64,000 bases of DNA, taken from positions 816,091 to 880,090 of the forward strand of contig CATQHB010000002.1 of NCBI GenBank assembly GCA_958295765.1. Direction: 5' to 3'. Every line of letters starts with the position of its first letter. Position 1 is the stretch's first letter. The position numbers and the translations under genes were made by a program. Source of the DNA: an uncultured Dehalococcoidia bacterium. GTDB lineage: Bacteria; Chloroflexota; Dehalococcoidia; Lucifugimonadales; UBA3495. A model generated the notes under the pieces. It was not told the origin of the DNA, did not search any database, and was given only the letters and a program-made list of their open reading frames with translations. Below are positions 1-8,241 of the stretch, piece by piece.

Positions 1-31
1 GCAACTCAATCTTGCACCTACTCCCCGCCTC

Positions 32-745
32 CTAGCCGCCTTCCTTGATTTCAATGTGCTGGATTACCACTTCCTCCATTGGGCGGTTGTTGCGGTCGGC
101 GCGGGCCGTTGATATGGCGTCGGCGATTTCCTGGCCGGCGATTACCTTGCCGAATATGGTATGCCCGCCGGTCAAGTGAGGCGTGGCGGCGACGGTGATA
201 AAGAACTGGCTGCCGTTGGTATTGGGGCCGGCGTTAGCCATCGCCAATATGCCGGCGCTGTCAAAGCTCAGGGAAGGGGCAATCTCATCCTGGAACCGGT
301 AGCCCGGCCCGCCGCCGCCGGTGCCGGTGGGGTCGCCGCCCTGAATCATAAATTGGGGGATGACCCGGTGGAAAACAACCCCGTCGTAAAAGCCCTGTTG
401 GGCCAGGAAAACGAAGTTGTTTACCGTAATCGGGGCATCTTCAGCGTACAGTTCCACGCTGATGGTGCCCTGGTTGGTCTGAATGTCGGCGGTGTAGTCT
501 CCTTCCGTGTCAATGGTCATTTGCGGCGGGGCGGCGTATTGGCGGACGATGCGACCGCTGGCCGACTCCTCCCTTTGCGGCGTCGGGGTGCCAATGACCG
601 GGGGCGTCGGGGTATCGGCGATGCGCGGGGTGGGTATCACGTCAGGAATTGCCGTCGGCGTCGGCTCCTCTTCCGGCGTTGAGCAGGCGACCAGCGACAG
701 CGCGATTAACAACAGGCTCAGGCTAACGAAAATTATCCCTTTCAT
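32..745 (-). CDS. Cyclophilin-type peptidyl-prolyl cis-trans isomerase, predicted lipoprotein
   Basis: 237-aa ORF. N-terminal signal with lipobox (LVAC) and a Pro/Thr linker, followed by cyclophilin motifs FHRVIPQFMIQGGDP and MANAGPNTNGSQFFIT. Confidence 0.9.
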   Translation of the reverse strand: MKGIIFVSLSLLLIALSLVACSTPEEEPTPTAIPDVIPTPRIADTPTPPVIGTPTPQREESASGRIVRQYAAPPQMTIDTEGDYTADIQTNQGTISVELYAEDAPITVNNFVFLAQQGFYDGVVFHRVIPQFMIQGGDPTGTGGGGPGYRFQDEIAPSLSFDSAGILAMANAGPNTNGSQFFITVAATPHLTGGHTIFGKVIAGQEIADAISTARADRNNRPMEEVVIQHIEIKEGG

Positions 746-843
746 CGGTTTTCCCGGACTCCTCGATTGAATATACCTGAATGTACCGGCTTTTATCCCC
801 TACCCGAACCGGCCGGCGGCCGGAACGGGTAAGGGGATGCGGA

Positions 844-1533
844 CTAACGGCTGGGGCGGGGCAGGCGCAATACTTCCTTCAGCTTTTCCGGGGTGAAGTC
901 GGGAGACTTGCACAGGCTGATGGTCTTGTCCTCGTAGTCGGCCAGGGTTTGGTTCATCGCCGGGATTTCCGCGGCGATTTCCAGGGGGATGTTGGTAACG
1001 CCGTGCTTGTCCCCGTGCATCAGGTCGCCGGTGTGGACGGTCAGGCCGCCGACGTTGACCGGGATGCCGATTTCTACCAGGTGGACGTAGGCGCGGGAGG
1101 GGGAGATGCCCCCGGCAAAGAACTGAAAGCCCAGGTCATGCACTTCGTCGATGTCCCGCACCGTGCCGTCGGTGGCGGCGCCCACCGCGCCCAGGGCCTT
1201 GTGGATGTTGCCCTGCACCTCGCCCCAGAAGGCTCCTCGGGAGGGGCTGTCGATGTCGTGCAGGACGATAAACCGGGGCGCGGGCACGGTAAGAATGAAA
1301 TCGACCCAATCCTCCCGGGAAAGGTTGCGTCCTTCGGGCCGGTCGGCGCTGATGACGCCGGTAACGGCGTAGCCCACCGCCGGGGGCAGGTCCCGGAAAA
1401 TCCCCTGGATGCCGGCCAGCATAAACCCGGCGTTCCGGGGGCGCACGTCAAGCGCTTCAATGGCGTTACAGATGCTGGGCGTGTCAATTTGGCCCAGGGC
1501 GGCCATAGTTTCCTCGCTGATGGTCTGGTACAC
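844..1533 (-). CDS. RraA-family protein (RraA / 4-hydroxy-4-methyl-2-oxoglutarate aldolase-like)
   Basis: 229-aa ORF with GTG start preceded by AGGAGG. N-terminal DTPSICNA and an overall RraA-like pattern, recognised from memory. Confidence 0.7.
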   Translation of the reverse strand: MYQTISEETMAALGQIDTPSICNAIEALDVRPRNAGFMLAGIQGIFRDLPPAVGYAVTGVISADRPEGRNLSREDWVDFILTVPAPRFIVLHDIDSPSRGAFWGEVQGNIHKALGAVGAATDGTVRDIDEVHDLGFQFFAGGISPSRAYVHLVEIGIPVNVGGLTVHTGDLMHGDKHGVTNIPLEIAAEIPAMNQTLADYEDKTISLCKSPDFTPEKLKEVLRLPRPSR

Positions 1534-1648
1534 GGAAAAACCTCCTGATTTTGTTGGCAGGGTGATTATACCCCGCCGGGTAAAGTTCCGGTTGCCAAGC
1601 TCCGGTTATAAAGTTCCGGGGAAAGGCGGAAAGCGCGGCCGGCGCGCC

Positions 1649-2128
1649 CTACGCCGAATCCGGCGGGGCCGGCCGGAAGTGGCTGATGTCGGACATTGCC
1701 CCGGTGCGCGCCTCGGCCCATACCGGTTGCACCGCCATACCGATGCTTACCGCCGCCGGGGTTACGTCGCCCAACCGGTGGATGAGGCCGCCGCGGACGC
1801 CGGCCCAGCCCACCAGGGCCACAATCTCCGGGGCCGCCAGCGGTTCCTCGTCCAGGGATTGGTGCAGCACGGTAAAGCTGCGGACGTAGCCCGGCCCGGT
1901 CAGCGTTTCCCACTCGGCAGCCGTTTCCTCAAAGCACCGTTCGCAGTATATTTTAGGCGGCAGCAGTCGGGCCTGGCATCGGGGGCAGGGGGATACCAGC
2001 AGCCGCCGTTCATCCCGCAGCGCCTTAAAGAACCGCTCGCCGGCCACGCCCAGGGTATAGCGGTGGTGAATGGGAATCTCCCCGGCCACCTGGCGCGCCC
2101 GGCCCGGTTGGCTAATCTTGTTCAACAT
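1649..2128 (-). CDS. DUF35 Zn-ribbon/OB-fold protein (thiolase-associated)
   Basis: 159 aa. CPRC...CERC zinc ribbon followed by an OB-like C-terminus. Lies in a cluster with SCP-x-type thiolases. Confidence 0.8.
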   Translation of the reverse strand: MLNKISQPGRARQVAGEIPIHHRYTLGVAGERFFKALRDERRLLVSPCPRCQARLLPPKIYCERCFEETAAEWETLTGPGYVRSFTVLHQSLDEEPLAAPEIVALVGWAGVRGGLIHRLGDVTPAAVSIGMAVQPVWAEARTGAMSDISHFRPAPPDSA

Positions 2129-2297
2129 TGATTCGGCCTCTTTCCGCCCTTGTCCTGCCCCGCAGCAAACAATTCTCTAGTCTTATACCAATTCCGGCGG
2201 GAAATCTCAAATCCTGATTGCCCTACCGGGGCAGTCGCGTCTTAACCGGCGCAACCCAAGCCACCGCCATTCCAGCGCAACCGTCATACCAACTTAA

Positions 2298-2395
2298 CCG
2301 TCGTTCCGGCGAAAGCCGGAATCCAGGAAATCCTCCCGGAAAAGAGCGTGCCGGCTACCGAGCGTTCTGGATTCCGGCTTTCGCCGGAACGACGG
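2298..2395. repeat. Family-b palindromic element (about 98 bp), copy 1
   Basis: Arms CCGTCGTTCCGGCGAAAGCCGGAATCCAG ... CTGGATTCCGGCTTTCGCCGGAACGACGG. Eight copies in this window. Confidence 0.9.
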
Positions 2396-2459
2396 GTTGG
2401 TGATGCGATTGCCTTGCTGTCCTTCCCCGCAATGTACCCTGAACGGCCTCCCCAACAAT

Positions 2460-2554
2460 GTCGCCCTGAACGGAGTGAAGGGTCTAAAGTCCTTGTCATT
2501 AAGAAACGTTCCTGTCATGGGCATTTTAGATTCCTCGGCTACGCTCGGAATGAC
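2460..2554. repeat. Family-d palindromic element (degenerate copy)
   Basis: Arms ...GAACGGAGTGAAGGGTCTAAA / TTTAGATTCCTCGGCTACGCTCGGAATGAC. Related to the copies at 32909, 34094 and 37013. Confidence 0.7.
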
Positions 2555-2619
2555 AAACTACGCTTGAAATGACCAGCAGGGAATTGCTGAGCAATTTTGC
2601 CCGAACCACCCACCGCTGA

Positions 2620-3138
2620 CTACCCCTCGGCCAGCCGGAAGTAGCGGATGTCGGTAATGGCGCCCTCCCGCTCGGCGGCCGGTTTCCAGACCGGTTGCAC
2701 CGGAGCGCCGATGCGCAGCTTGCCGGTAATCTCCTCCAGCGTAGTTCCCACCTCGCCCATCAGATGGAGGATGCCGATGCCCGGACTGGCGCCGTCCAGT
2801 TCCACCACTACCGGCACCTCCGGCGTGCGGCGGCGGGTGGCGTCCCAGTTGACGTAGGATACCGAGTAGGTGTTGATAGTGCCGGCGCCGGGCAGTTCCA
2901 CCCAATCCCCAATGGGCCGGAAGCAGAGTTCGCAGAAAACCCGGGGCGGCGCCAGCGTCCGGCGGCACTCCGGGCAGCGGGTCGCCAGCAGCTTGCCCGC
3001 TTTCAAGCCGTCCAGAAAGGCGCTGATGGCTACCCCGGCGTCCCAGCGATACAATGCCTTGGGCTGCCAGAAGGAAAGCAGCACTTCGCCGCTAACCAGG
3101 GCGTGGTCGGTGAGCGATGTGCCACTGAAAGGTTCCAT
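2620..3138 (-). CDS. DUF35 Zn-ribbon/OB-fold protein (second copy)
   Basis: 172 aa. CPECRR...CELC zinc ribbon plus OB-like C-terminus. Immediately downstream of the thiolase genes. Confidence 0.8.
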   Translation of the reverse strand: MEPFSGTSLTDHALVSGEVLLSFWQPKALYRWDAGVAISAFLDGLKAGKLLATRCPECRRTLAPPRVFCELCFRPIGDWVELPGAGTINTYSVSYVNWDATRRRTPEVPVVVELDGASPGIGILHLMGEVGTTLEEITGKLRIGAPVQPVWKPAAEREGAITDIRYFRLAEG

Positions 3139-3255
3139 TTTCCCGGCCCCCCGTTTTCAGGATACTGCGGTTACCAACAAGTTGCTTGACCCGCTCCAAC
3201 CTACTCCAGGCTGTTTAACCCGCTCTGGCTGCCTGACCTGCTCCGGTTGCCTGAC

Positions 3256-3316
3256 CCGCTCATGGTGAGCCTGTCGAACCACCCCGTCCACCCTTTGACC
3301 AGTTCAGGATGGGCGG
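3256..3316. repeat. Family-a hairpin element
   Basis: CCGCTCATGGTGAGCCTGTCGAACCAC ... TTGACCAGTTCAGGATGGGCGG. Confidence 0.8.
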
Positions 3317-3340
3317 TTGTTTCAGCCGCAGCCCGCCCGC

Positions 3341-4519
3341 CTACCGGCCCATTATTACCACGGTGCCTACTTGCATCAAGTCGCCCCAAGCCTGGGCCAG
3401 GCCCCGGCGGACTTCCCGTTTTACCTGGCGGGGGCCGGCTTGTCCCTGCAACTGCCAATAGATTTCCGCCAACTTCATCATTCCGGCGGCGGCGATGGGG
3501 TTGCCCACGCCCAGCAGTCCCCCGGAGGGGCTGGCCGGGATGCCCTGCGCCGTGTCCCGTTCCCAGAATCCTTCCTCGGCCAGCCGGGGCGCCTGGCCCT
3601 TGTCGGCCAGCAGCAGCCCCTCCAGGTGGTGCAGTTCCTTGTAGGCGAAGGGGTCATACGGTTCTACCACGTGAATGTCCCGGCGGGGGTCGCTGATTCC
3701 GGCCATTTCGTAGGCCATCCGCGCCGCCTTTTCCAGGTAGCGGGGATAATACAGGTCGCGGTTAGTCCAGTAGGAAGTGTCCAGATTCCAGCCGACGCCC
3801 TCAATCCAGACCGGCGGGCGGCTCATTCGGCGGGCGAACCGTTCCGAGGCCAGCACCATGGCCCCGGCCCCGTCGCTGATCGGGGAGACCATCAACCGCT
3901 GCACCGGCCAGGCCATCACCTCCGAGGCCATAATCTGCTCAATGGTAAAGTCGCCGGCAATGCCCGGTTGGGCCGAGGGATGGTCGATCCCGTTGCGCTT
4001 GTTCTTTTGAGCGACCCGGGCAAAGGTTTCCATCGGGATGCCGTGGGTCTGCATATAGCGGTTCATTTCCAGGGCGAAAATCCAGAGCAGATTGACCCCC
4101 AGGGGCCGCTCGGTGAACTGGTCGTAGATAGCGTTGAACGCGCCTTGCGGATGAGGCAGGGCCGGGGACATTTTCTCTTCGGCCACCACCAGGCAGGTGT
4201 CGAAGTGGCCGCTGGCGATGTGATACCAGCCGGCGACCAGGCCGAAAACGCCGGAACCGCCGCCGACGTAGGTACGCATATAGGGCTTGCCCCAGGCGCC
4301 GGCGCCGTCGGCCAGATACTCCCCGTTCATGTGGACGCCGTCAAAAGCCTCCGGCGCGGTTACCGAAACTACGCAGTCAATATCGGCAATGGTCAGGCCG
4401 GCGTCCTCCAGGGCGGTTTTCGCCGCCTCAAAGGCCAGTTCTTTAGGCGTTTCCAGGGCGCGGCGCATAAACCGGGTCAGCCCGGCGCCCAGGACGGCAA
4501 CTCGATTCTGGTAAGGCAT
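3341..4519 (-). CDS. Thiolase-like protein (SCP-x / nonspecific lipid-transfer-type thiolase family)
   Basis: 392-aa ORF with ATG start. Thiolase-fold pattern (C-terminal GGLLGVGNPIAAAG) and co-oriented with DUF35 genes. Confidence 0.8.
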   Translation of the reverse strand: MPYQNRVAVLGAGLTRFMRRALETPKELAFEAAKTALEDAGLTIADIDCVVSVTAPEAFDGVHMNGEYLADGAGAWGKPYMRTYVGGGSGVFGLVAGWYHIASGHFDTCLVVAEEKMSPALPHPQGAFNAIYDQFTERPLGVNLLWIFALEMNRYMQTHGIPMETFARVAQKNKRNGIDHPSAQPGIAGDFTIEQIMASEVMAWPVQRLMVSPISDGAGAMVLASERFARRMSRPPVWIEGVGWNLDTSYWTNRDLYYPRYLEKAARMAYEMAGISDPRRDIHVVEPYDPFAYKELHHLEGLLLADKGQAPRLAEEGFWERDTAQGIPASPSGGLLGVGNPIAAAGMMKLAEIYWQLQGQAGPRQVKREVRRGLAQAWGDLMQVGTVVIMGR

Positions 4520-4576
4520 AGCTATGGCCCTTTGCGGCGGCTCAAAATTGACTCCCGATTGACTCCGGATTGACGC

Positions 4577-5737
4577 TCATTGCCGGCTCAAAACCGCGAC
4601 GGCGCCGGTGGCGGTGGGCAGGCCCCGCCAGGATTGGGCCAGACCCCGCCGCACGCCGTCAAGCTGGCGTTCCCCGGCCTGCCCGCGCAACTGCAATGCC
4701 GCCTCCAGCACGCTGCGCAGGCCGGACATATCGTAGGCGTAGCCGCAACCCAGGTGGCCGCCGGACGGGTTCACCGGCAAAGCGCCGCCGGGGGAAAACC
4801 GGCCCTCTGCCAGCAGCCGGCCCGACTCCCCGGACCGGGCCAGGCCCAGGCTCTCCAGGTGTTGCAGTTCCTTGTAGGAAAAGGTGTCATCCACTTCGGC
4901 AAAGTCCAACTGGGCCGTCGGGTTGGTGATGCCGGCCCGGCGGTAGGCCATTTGCGCCGCCTTTTCCGCATAGACGGCCCTAGACAGGTCCCGCTCCTCA
5001 ATGTTGGGCGTGTCCTGAGTCCAGCCGATGCCGTCAATGAACACCGGGCGGCCGCACTTGGGCGCCAGTTGGGGCAGCCGGGACTCCCGGGCCAGGACCA
5101 GCACGATAGCGCCGTCGGCCGGTTGGGCAATGTCGCCCCGTTTCAGCGGTTCCGCCACCGGCGCCGAGGCCAGGGCATCCGCCGCCGTCAGGTTGGCCGG
5201 GTAGGCCGCCAGGGGGTTGCGGAGGGCGCTGCGGCGGTTGACGGCGGCCACCAGCGCCGCCTGTTCCTCGGTATTCCCGGTGGCCTCCAGAAAGGCCCGC
5301 ATCTCCAGCCCGGCCACGTAGCGGGGATGAAAGGCCAGGGGGCGGGCGTAAATCGGATCCAGGGCCAGGGCCTCAATATGGGCCGGGTGGACAATGTTGG
5401 ACGCCTTGCTGTGCCCCTCGATAACCCCGATGTCCAGTTGTTCCGTTGCCAACTGCATTACCAGGGAGGCGATGCCGGTGATGCCGTCGGTGGTGATGGT
5501 GTGTACCGGCTTGAGCACCGCGCCCAACTGGTCGGGGACGTATTCGTCGGCAATGGCGGTGCCTTCCACGTAGTCCTCGGTAACCGACACAAAGGTGCTG
5601 ACCTGCCCCGGTTCAATGCCGGCGTCGGCATACGCCTTGACCGCCGCCTCAAAGATTAGTTCCCGGAAGGAGACTTCCGGCGAGACGGGACGCAAGGGCG
5701 TATAACCGATGCCGATAATGGCGGCCCGCTCCAGCAT
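4577..5737 (-). CDS. Thiolase-like protein (second subunit/paralog)
   Basis: 386 aa. AGGAGG upstream of the ATG. C-terminal NPSGGHLGCGYAYDMSG is thiolase-like. Confidence 0.8.
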   Translation of the reverse strand: MLERAAIIGIGYTPLRPVSPEVSFRELIFEAAVKAYADAGIEPGQVSTFVSVTEDYVEGTAIADEYVPDQLGAVLKPVHTITTDGITGIASLVMQLATEQLDIGVIEGHSKASNIVHPAHIEALALDPIYARPLAFHPRYVAGLEMRAFLEATGNTEEQAALVAAVNRRSALRNPLAAYPANLTAADALASAPVAEPLKRGDIAQPADGAIVLVLARESRLPQLAPKCGRPVFIDGIGWTQDTPNIEERDLSRAVYAEKAAQMAYRRAGITNPTAQLDFAEVDDTFSYKELQHLESLGLARSGESGRLLAEGRFSPGGALPVNPSGGHLGCGYAYDMSGLRSVLEAALQLRGQAGERQLDGVRRGLAQSWRGLPTATGAVAVLSRQ

Positions 5738-5895
5738 AAAATCCTCCTGTCCAACCTCGACCAGGTTCGGCCCAAAGCATACCAGAAAGTGGCGTACCGG
5801 TGAAGGCCGAATGTTTCGGTATCAAGGCCGGCGCCAGGTCAATACCAATAACAATATCCGCACAATACCCGCACAATACCCGCTCATAACAATAC

Positions 5896-5952
5896 CCGCT
5901 CATGGTGAGCTTGTCGAACCATCTATCCTTTGACAAGCTTAGGATGATCGGG
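5896..5952. repeat. Family-a hairpin element
   Basis: CCGCTCATGGTGAGCTTGTCGAACCAT...TTTGACAAGCTTAGGATGATCGGG. Preceded by short ACAATACCCGC tandem units. Confidence 0.8.
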
Positions 5953-6240
5953 AAAAGAGGCAACTCGACTTACACCTACCCTGCCCCGGCGTTCCCTTGA
6001 AAATCCTACGGTAAGGACGCCAACCCTTGTTAAGAGCGCCCATACCCCGGTAAAACAAGGACAACATAATCCCCCGTAATCCGTCAACAACCCGTAGCGG
6101 GCCGGTTCTCCCGCCCGTGTTAAACTCCCGGCGTCCTCAGGAAAACGGGGATAGCATCCTGACCGACCCGCGTCCATTTATTCCTAATCTTATTCTTACT
6201 TTTATCGGCGCGGCGGTTATAGATATAAGGAGTTAGGTCT

Positions 6241-7158
6241 ATGGAAAAGGCGATAGAGGGATTCTTACAGCATCTGGTAGTGGAAAGGGGCTTCTCGCAA
6301 AACACCCTGGAAGCCTACCGCAACGACCTCAACCAATTTCAGGGGTTCGTCCACAGCCGGCTTAACGGGGCGTCGGAGCGGGAGGATGTGTGGCGCGTGG
6401 TGGACCTGAACCTCTTGAACGACTACATCGCCGACTTGCGGGGTCGCAAGGGCTACCGGGATACCACCACCGCCCGCAAGGTGGCCGCCATCAAGTCTTT
6501 TTTCACCTTCCTGGCCCAGAACGGCGACATCGACGAACCGCCTACCGAGTCCTTAGGTTCGCCCCGGGTGGGCCGGGCGTTGCCCAAGTACCTGTCGGAA
6601 GAGGAGGTTGCCCGGCTGCTGGAAGAGGCCGGCCAGCCGGGCACCGCCGAAAGCCAGCGGGACGCCAATATCCTGGAACTGCTCTACGCTACCGGCCTCC
6701 GGGTCAGCGAGTTGGTATCCCTGAACGTGCAGGACATTGACTTTCAGGAGTGCTACATCCGCTGCTGGGGCAAGGGTTCCAAGGAACGCATCGTTTACGC
6801 CCACGACAAGGCGCTGGGCAGCTTGAAGCACTACCTGGGCGACTCCCGGCTGACGCTGCTGGGGTCGAACAAGGATGAGACGGCCCTGTTTGTGAACCAC
6901 CGGGGCGAAAGGTTGACCCGCCAATGGGTCTGGAACATCCTGAAGACCTACAGCAAGAAAGCGGGGATTGACCAGAAAATAACGCCCCACACCCTGCGGC
7001 ACAGTTTTGCCACCCACCTGCTGCAAAAGGGGGCCTCCCTGCGGCACGTCCAGGAACTGCTGGGCCATTCCAGCATTTCCACCACCCAGGTCTATACCCA
7101 CCTCACCACCGGACACCTGCGGAACGAGTACGAAAAGAGCCACCCCCGCGCGGTGTAG
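6241..7158 (+). CDS. xerD: Site-specific tyrosine recombinase, XerC/XerD type
   Basis: 305 aa. N-terminal SAM-like core-binding domain, then catalytic-region motifs HTLRHSFATHLL and LGHSSISTTQVYTH. AAGGAG SD. The XerD versus XerC assignment is uncertain. Confidence 0.85.
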   Translation: MEKAIEGFLQHLVVERGFSQNTLEAYRNDLNQFQGFVHSRLNGASEREDVWRVVDLNLLNDYIADLRGRKGYRDTTTARKVAAIKSFFTFLAQNGDIDEPPTESLGSPRVGRALPKYLSEEEVARLLEEAGQPGTAESQRDANILELLYATGLRVSELVSLNVQDIDFQECYIRCWGKGSKERIVYAHDKALGSLKHYLGDSRLTLLGSNKDETALFVNHRGERLTRQWVWNILKTYSKKAGIDQKITPHTLRHSFATHLLQKGASLRHVQELLGHSSISTTQVYTHLTTGHLRNEYEKSHPRAV

Positions 7159-7225
7159 TTAGTTTATTTCAGGGCCGGCGGGCAATTGCCGGTAAGGGAT
7201 TTTCGCTATAATGGCGCAGGGATTC

Positions 7226-7267
7226 GCGGAGATGTACCGAGGCCGGACTTTCTCGGTGCATCTCCGC
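7226..7267 (+). terminator. Strong hairpin downstream of xerD (possible terminator or repeat unit)
   Basis: 16-bp stems GCGGAGATGTACCGAG / CTCGGTGCATCTCCGC (one mismatch), 10-nt loop, followed by GTTCTTTGTG. Confidence 0.3.
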
Positions 7268-7299
7268 GTTCTTTGTGTCTCTATGATGAAAACAGGGGC

Positions 7300-7441
7300 G
7301 TGGTTCGACAAGCTCACCATGAACGGATTGGGGAATGGGTTAACCGCCCCGCTCATCCTGAGCCTGTCGAAGGATGGACTGAAAGAGGAACTGCCGGATA
7401 CCAGCTATAGGGTCGTGGTTCGACAGGCTCACCATGAGCGG
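7300..7441. repeat. Cluster of three family-a half-elements
   Basis: GTGGTTCGACAAGCTCACCATGAACGG at 7300-7326, CCGCTCATCCTGAGCCTGTCGAAGGATGG at 7349-7377, GTGGTTCGACAGGCTCACCATGAGCGG at 7415-7441. Confidence 0.85.
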
Positions 7442-7537
7442 ACTTTGTTCGGTGAGCGGATTCTATTCCTGACGCCGAATTTGCAATCGTCCTGGCTGTG
7501 GCCCGGCAACCGCAACATAAACCGGTCATTCCTGAAC

Positions 7538-7635
7538 CCGTCGTTCCGGCGAAAGCCGGAATCCAGGAAATCATCACGGAAAAGAATGAGCCGGCTACCG
7601 AGGGTTCTGGATTCCGGCTTTCACCGGAACGACGG
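7538..7635. repeat. Family-b palindromic element, copy 2
   Basis: Same arms as 2298..2395. Confidence 0.9.
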
Positions 7636-7776
7636 TTGCCTGGGTTGCCATAGCCCCGGTTGCCCTGATTAGGCCAGTTAAGACTGGATTGCCCGGCTCC
7701 AGGGTGAAAAAAACCTGCATTTGCGTTGATTTGCTGGTATAGTAGATAATCTAATCAGAACAGGAGGTACGTCACC

Positions 7777-8139
7777 ATGCCAGCTAAGGGTCGTCGGGTG
7801 GCGTCGCGTCAAGCCCAACTTGGTCGGCGGAGGCGGCGCGCGGCCCGTGTCGCCGATGATACTTCCCCCGTTGCCGCCGTTGCCGTGGATGAGGAGGCGC
7901 CGGGGAATACTGCCGTTGGCGTCCCGTCCCCGGCGGCGGAGGGAACGGCTGCCGCTCCGGTCAGTGGCGCGCCGGCCCCGGCCCGCGCTACGGCCCCGGG
8001 GCGCGCCGTCCGCAACCAGACCCGGAACCGGGCCGACCTGCCATTGGCCTATACTCACCTGAGTTCCGAACTGCGCCGGATCCTCATAATGGCCGGGGTA
8101 TTGTTGGTGGTCCTGGTGGTGCTGGCCGTGGTTCTTTAG
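7777..8139 (+). CDS. Hypothetical small protein with Arg-rich N-terminus and C-terminal TM helix
   Basis: 120 aa. Strong AGGAGG SD 7 nt upstream of the ATG. C-terminal IMAGVLLVVLVVLAVVL. Confidence 0.55.
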   Translation: MPAKGRRVASRQAQLGRRRRRAARVADDTSPVAAVAVDEEAPGNTAVGVPSPAAEGTAAAPVSGAPAPARATAPGRAVRNQTRNRADLPLAYTHLSSELRRILIMAGVLLVVLVVLAVVL

Positions 8140-8241
8140 GCCGGACGCCGGAACACCGGCCCGGCCGGTTCCGGTTACGATTCCGGTTGCCGCGCTGCCT
8201 GCTCCGTTGTTCTCCAGTCGCTTTGCTTGCCGGTAGGAAAT

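Noticed and set aside
2284-2572. Short ORFs encoding SFRRKPESR / IPAFAGTT / MVSLSNH / FDKLRMSG-type peptides. These also occur at 7353..7577, 18452..18745, 41170..41604, 52062..52247 and 59603..59840.
   Set aside because: They are translations of the family-a and family-b palindromic repeats. The same peptides appear in both orientations at many intergenic sites.
3317-5659. 418-aa and 359-aa plus-strand ORFs over the thiolase genes
   Set aside because: They are antisense shadows of the thiolase-like genes and carry no motifs.
6241-7158. XerC/D-type recombinase as the integrase of a mobile element or of the small cassettes
   Set aside because: It has the typical chromosomal Xer layout and native GC, with no flanking att-like repeats or phage/ICE genes. 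It lies 8-15 kb from the cassettes. A link cannot be shown from the sequence.
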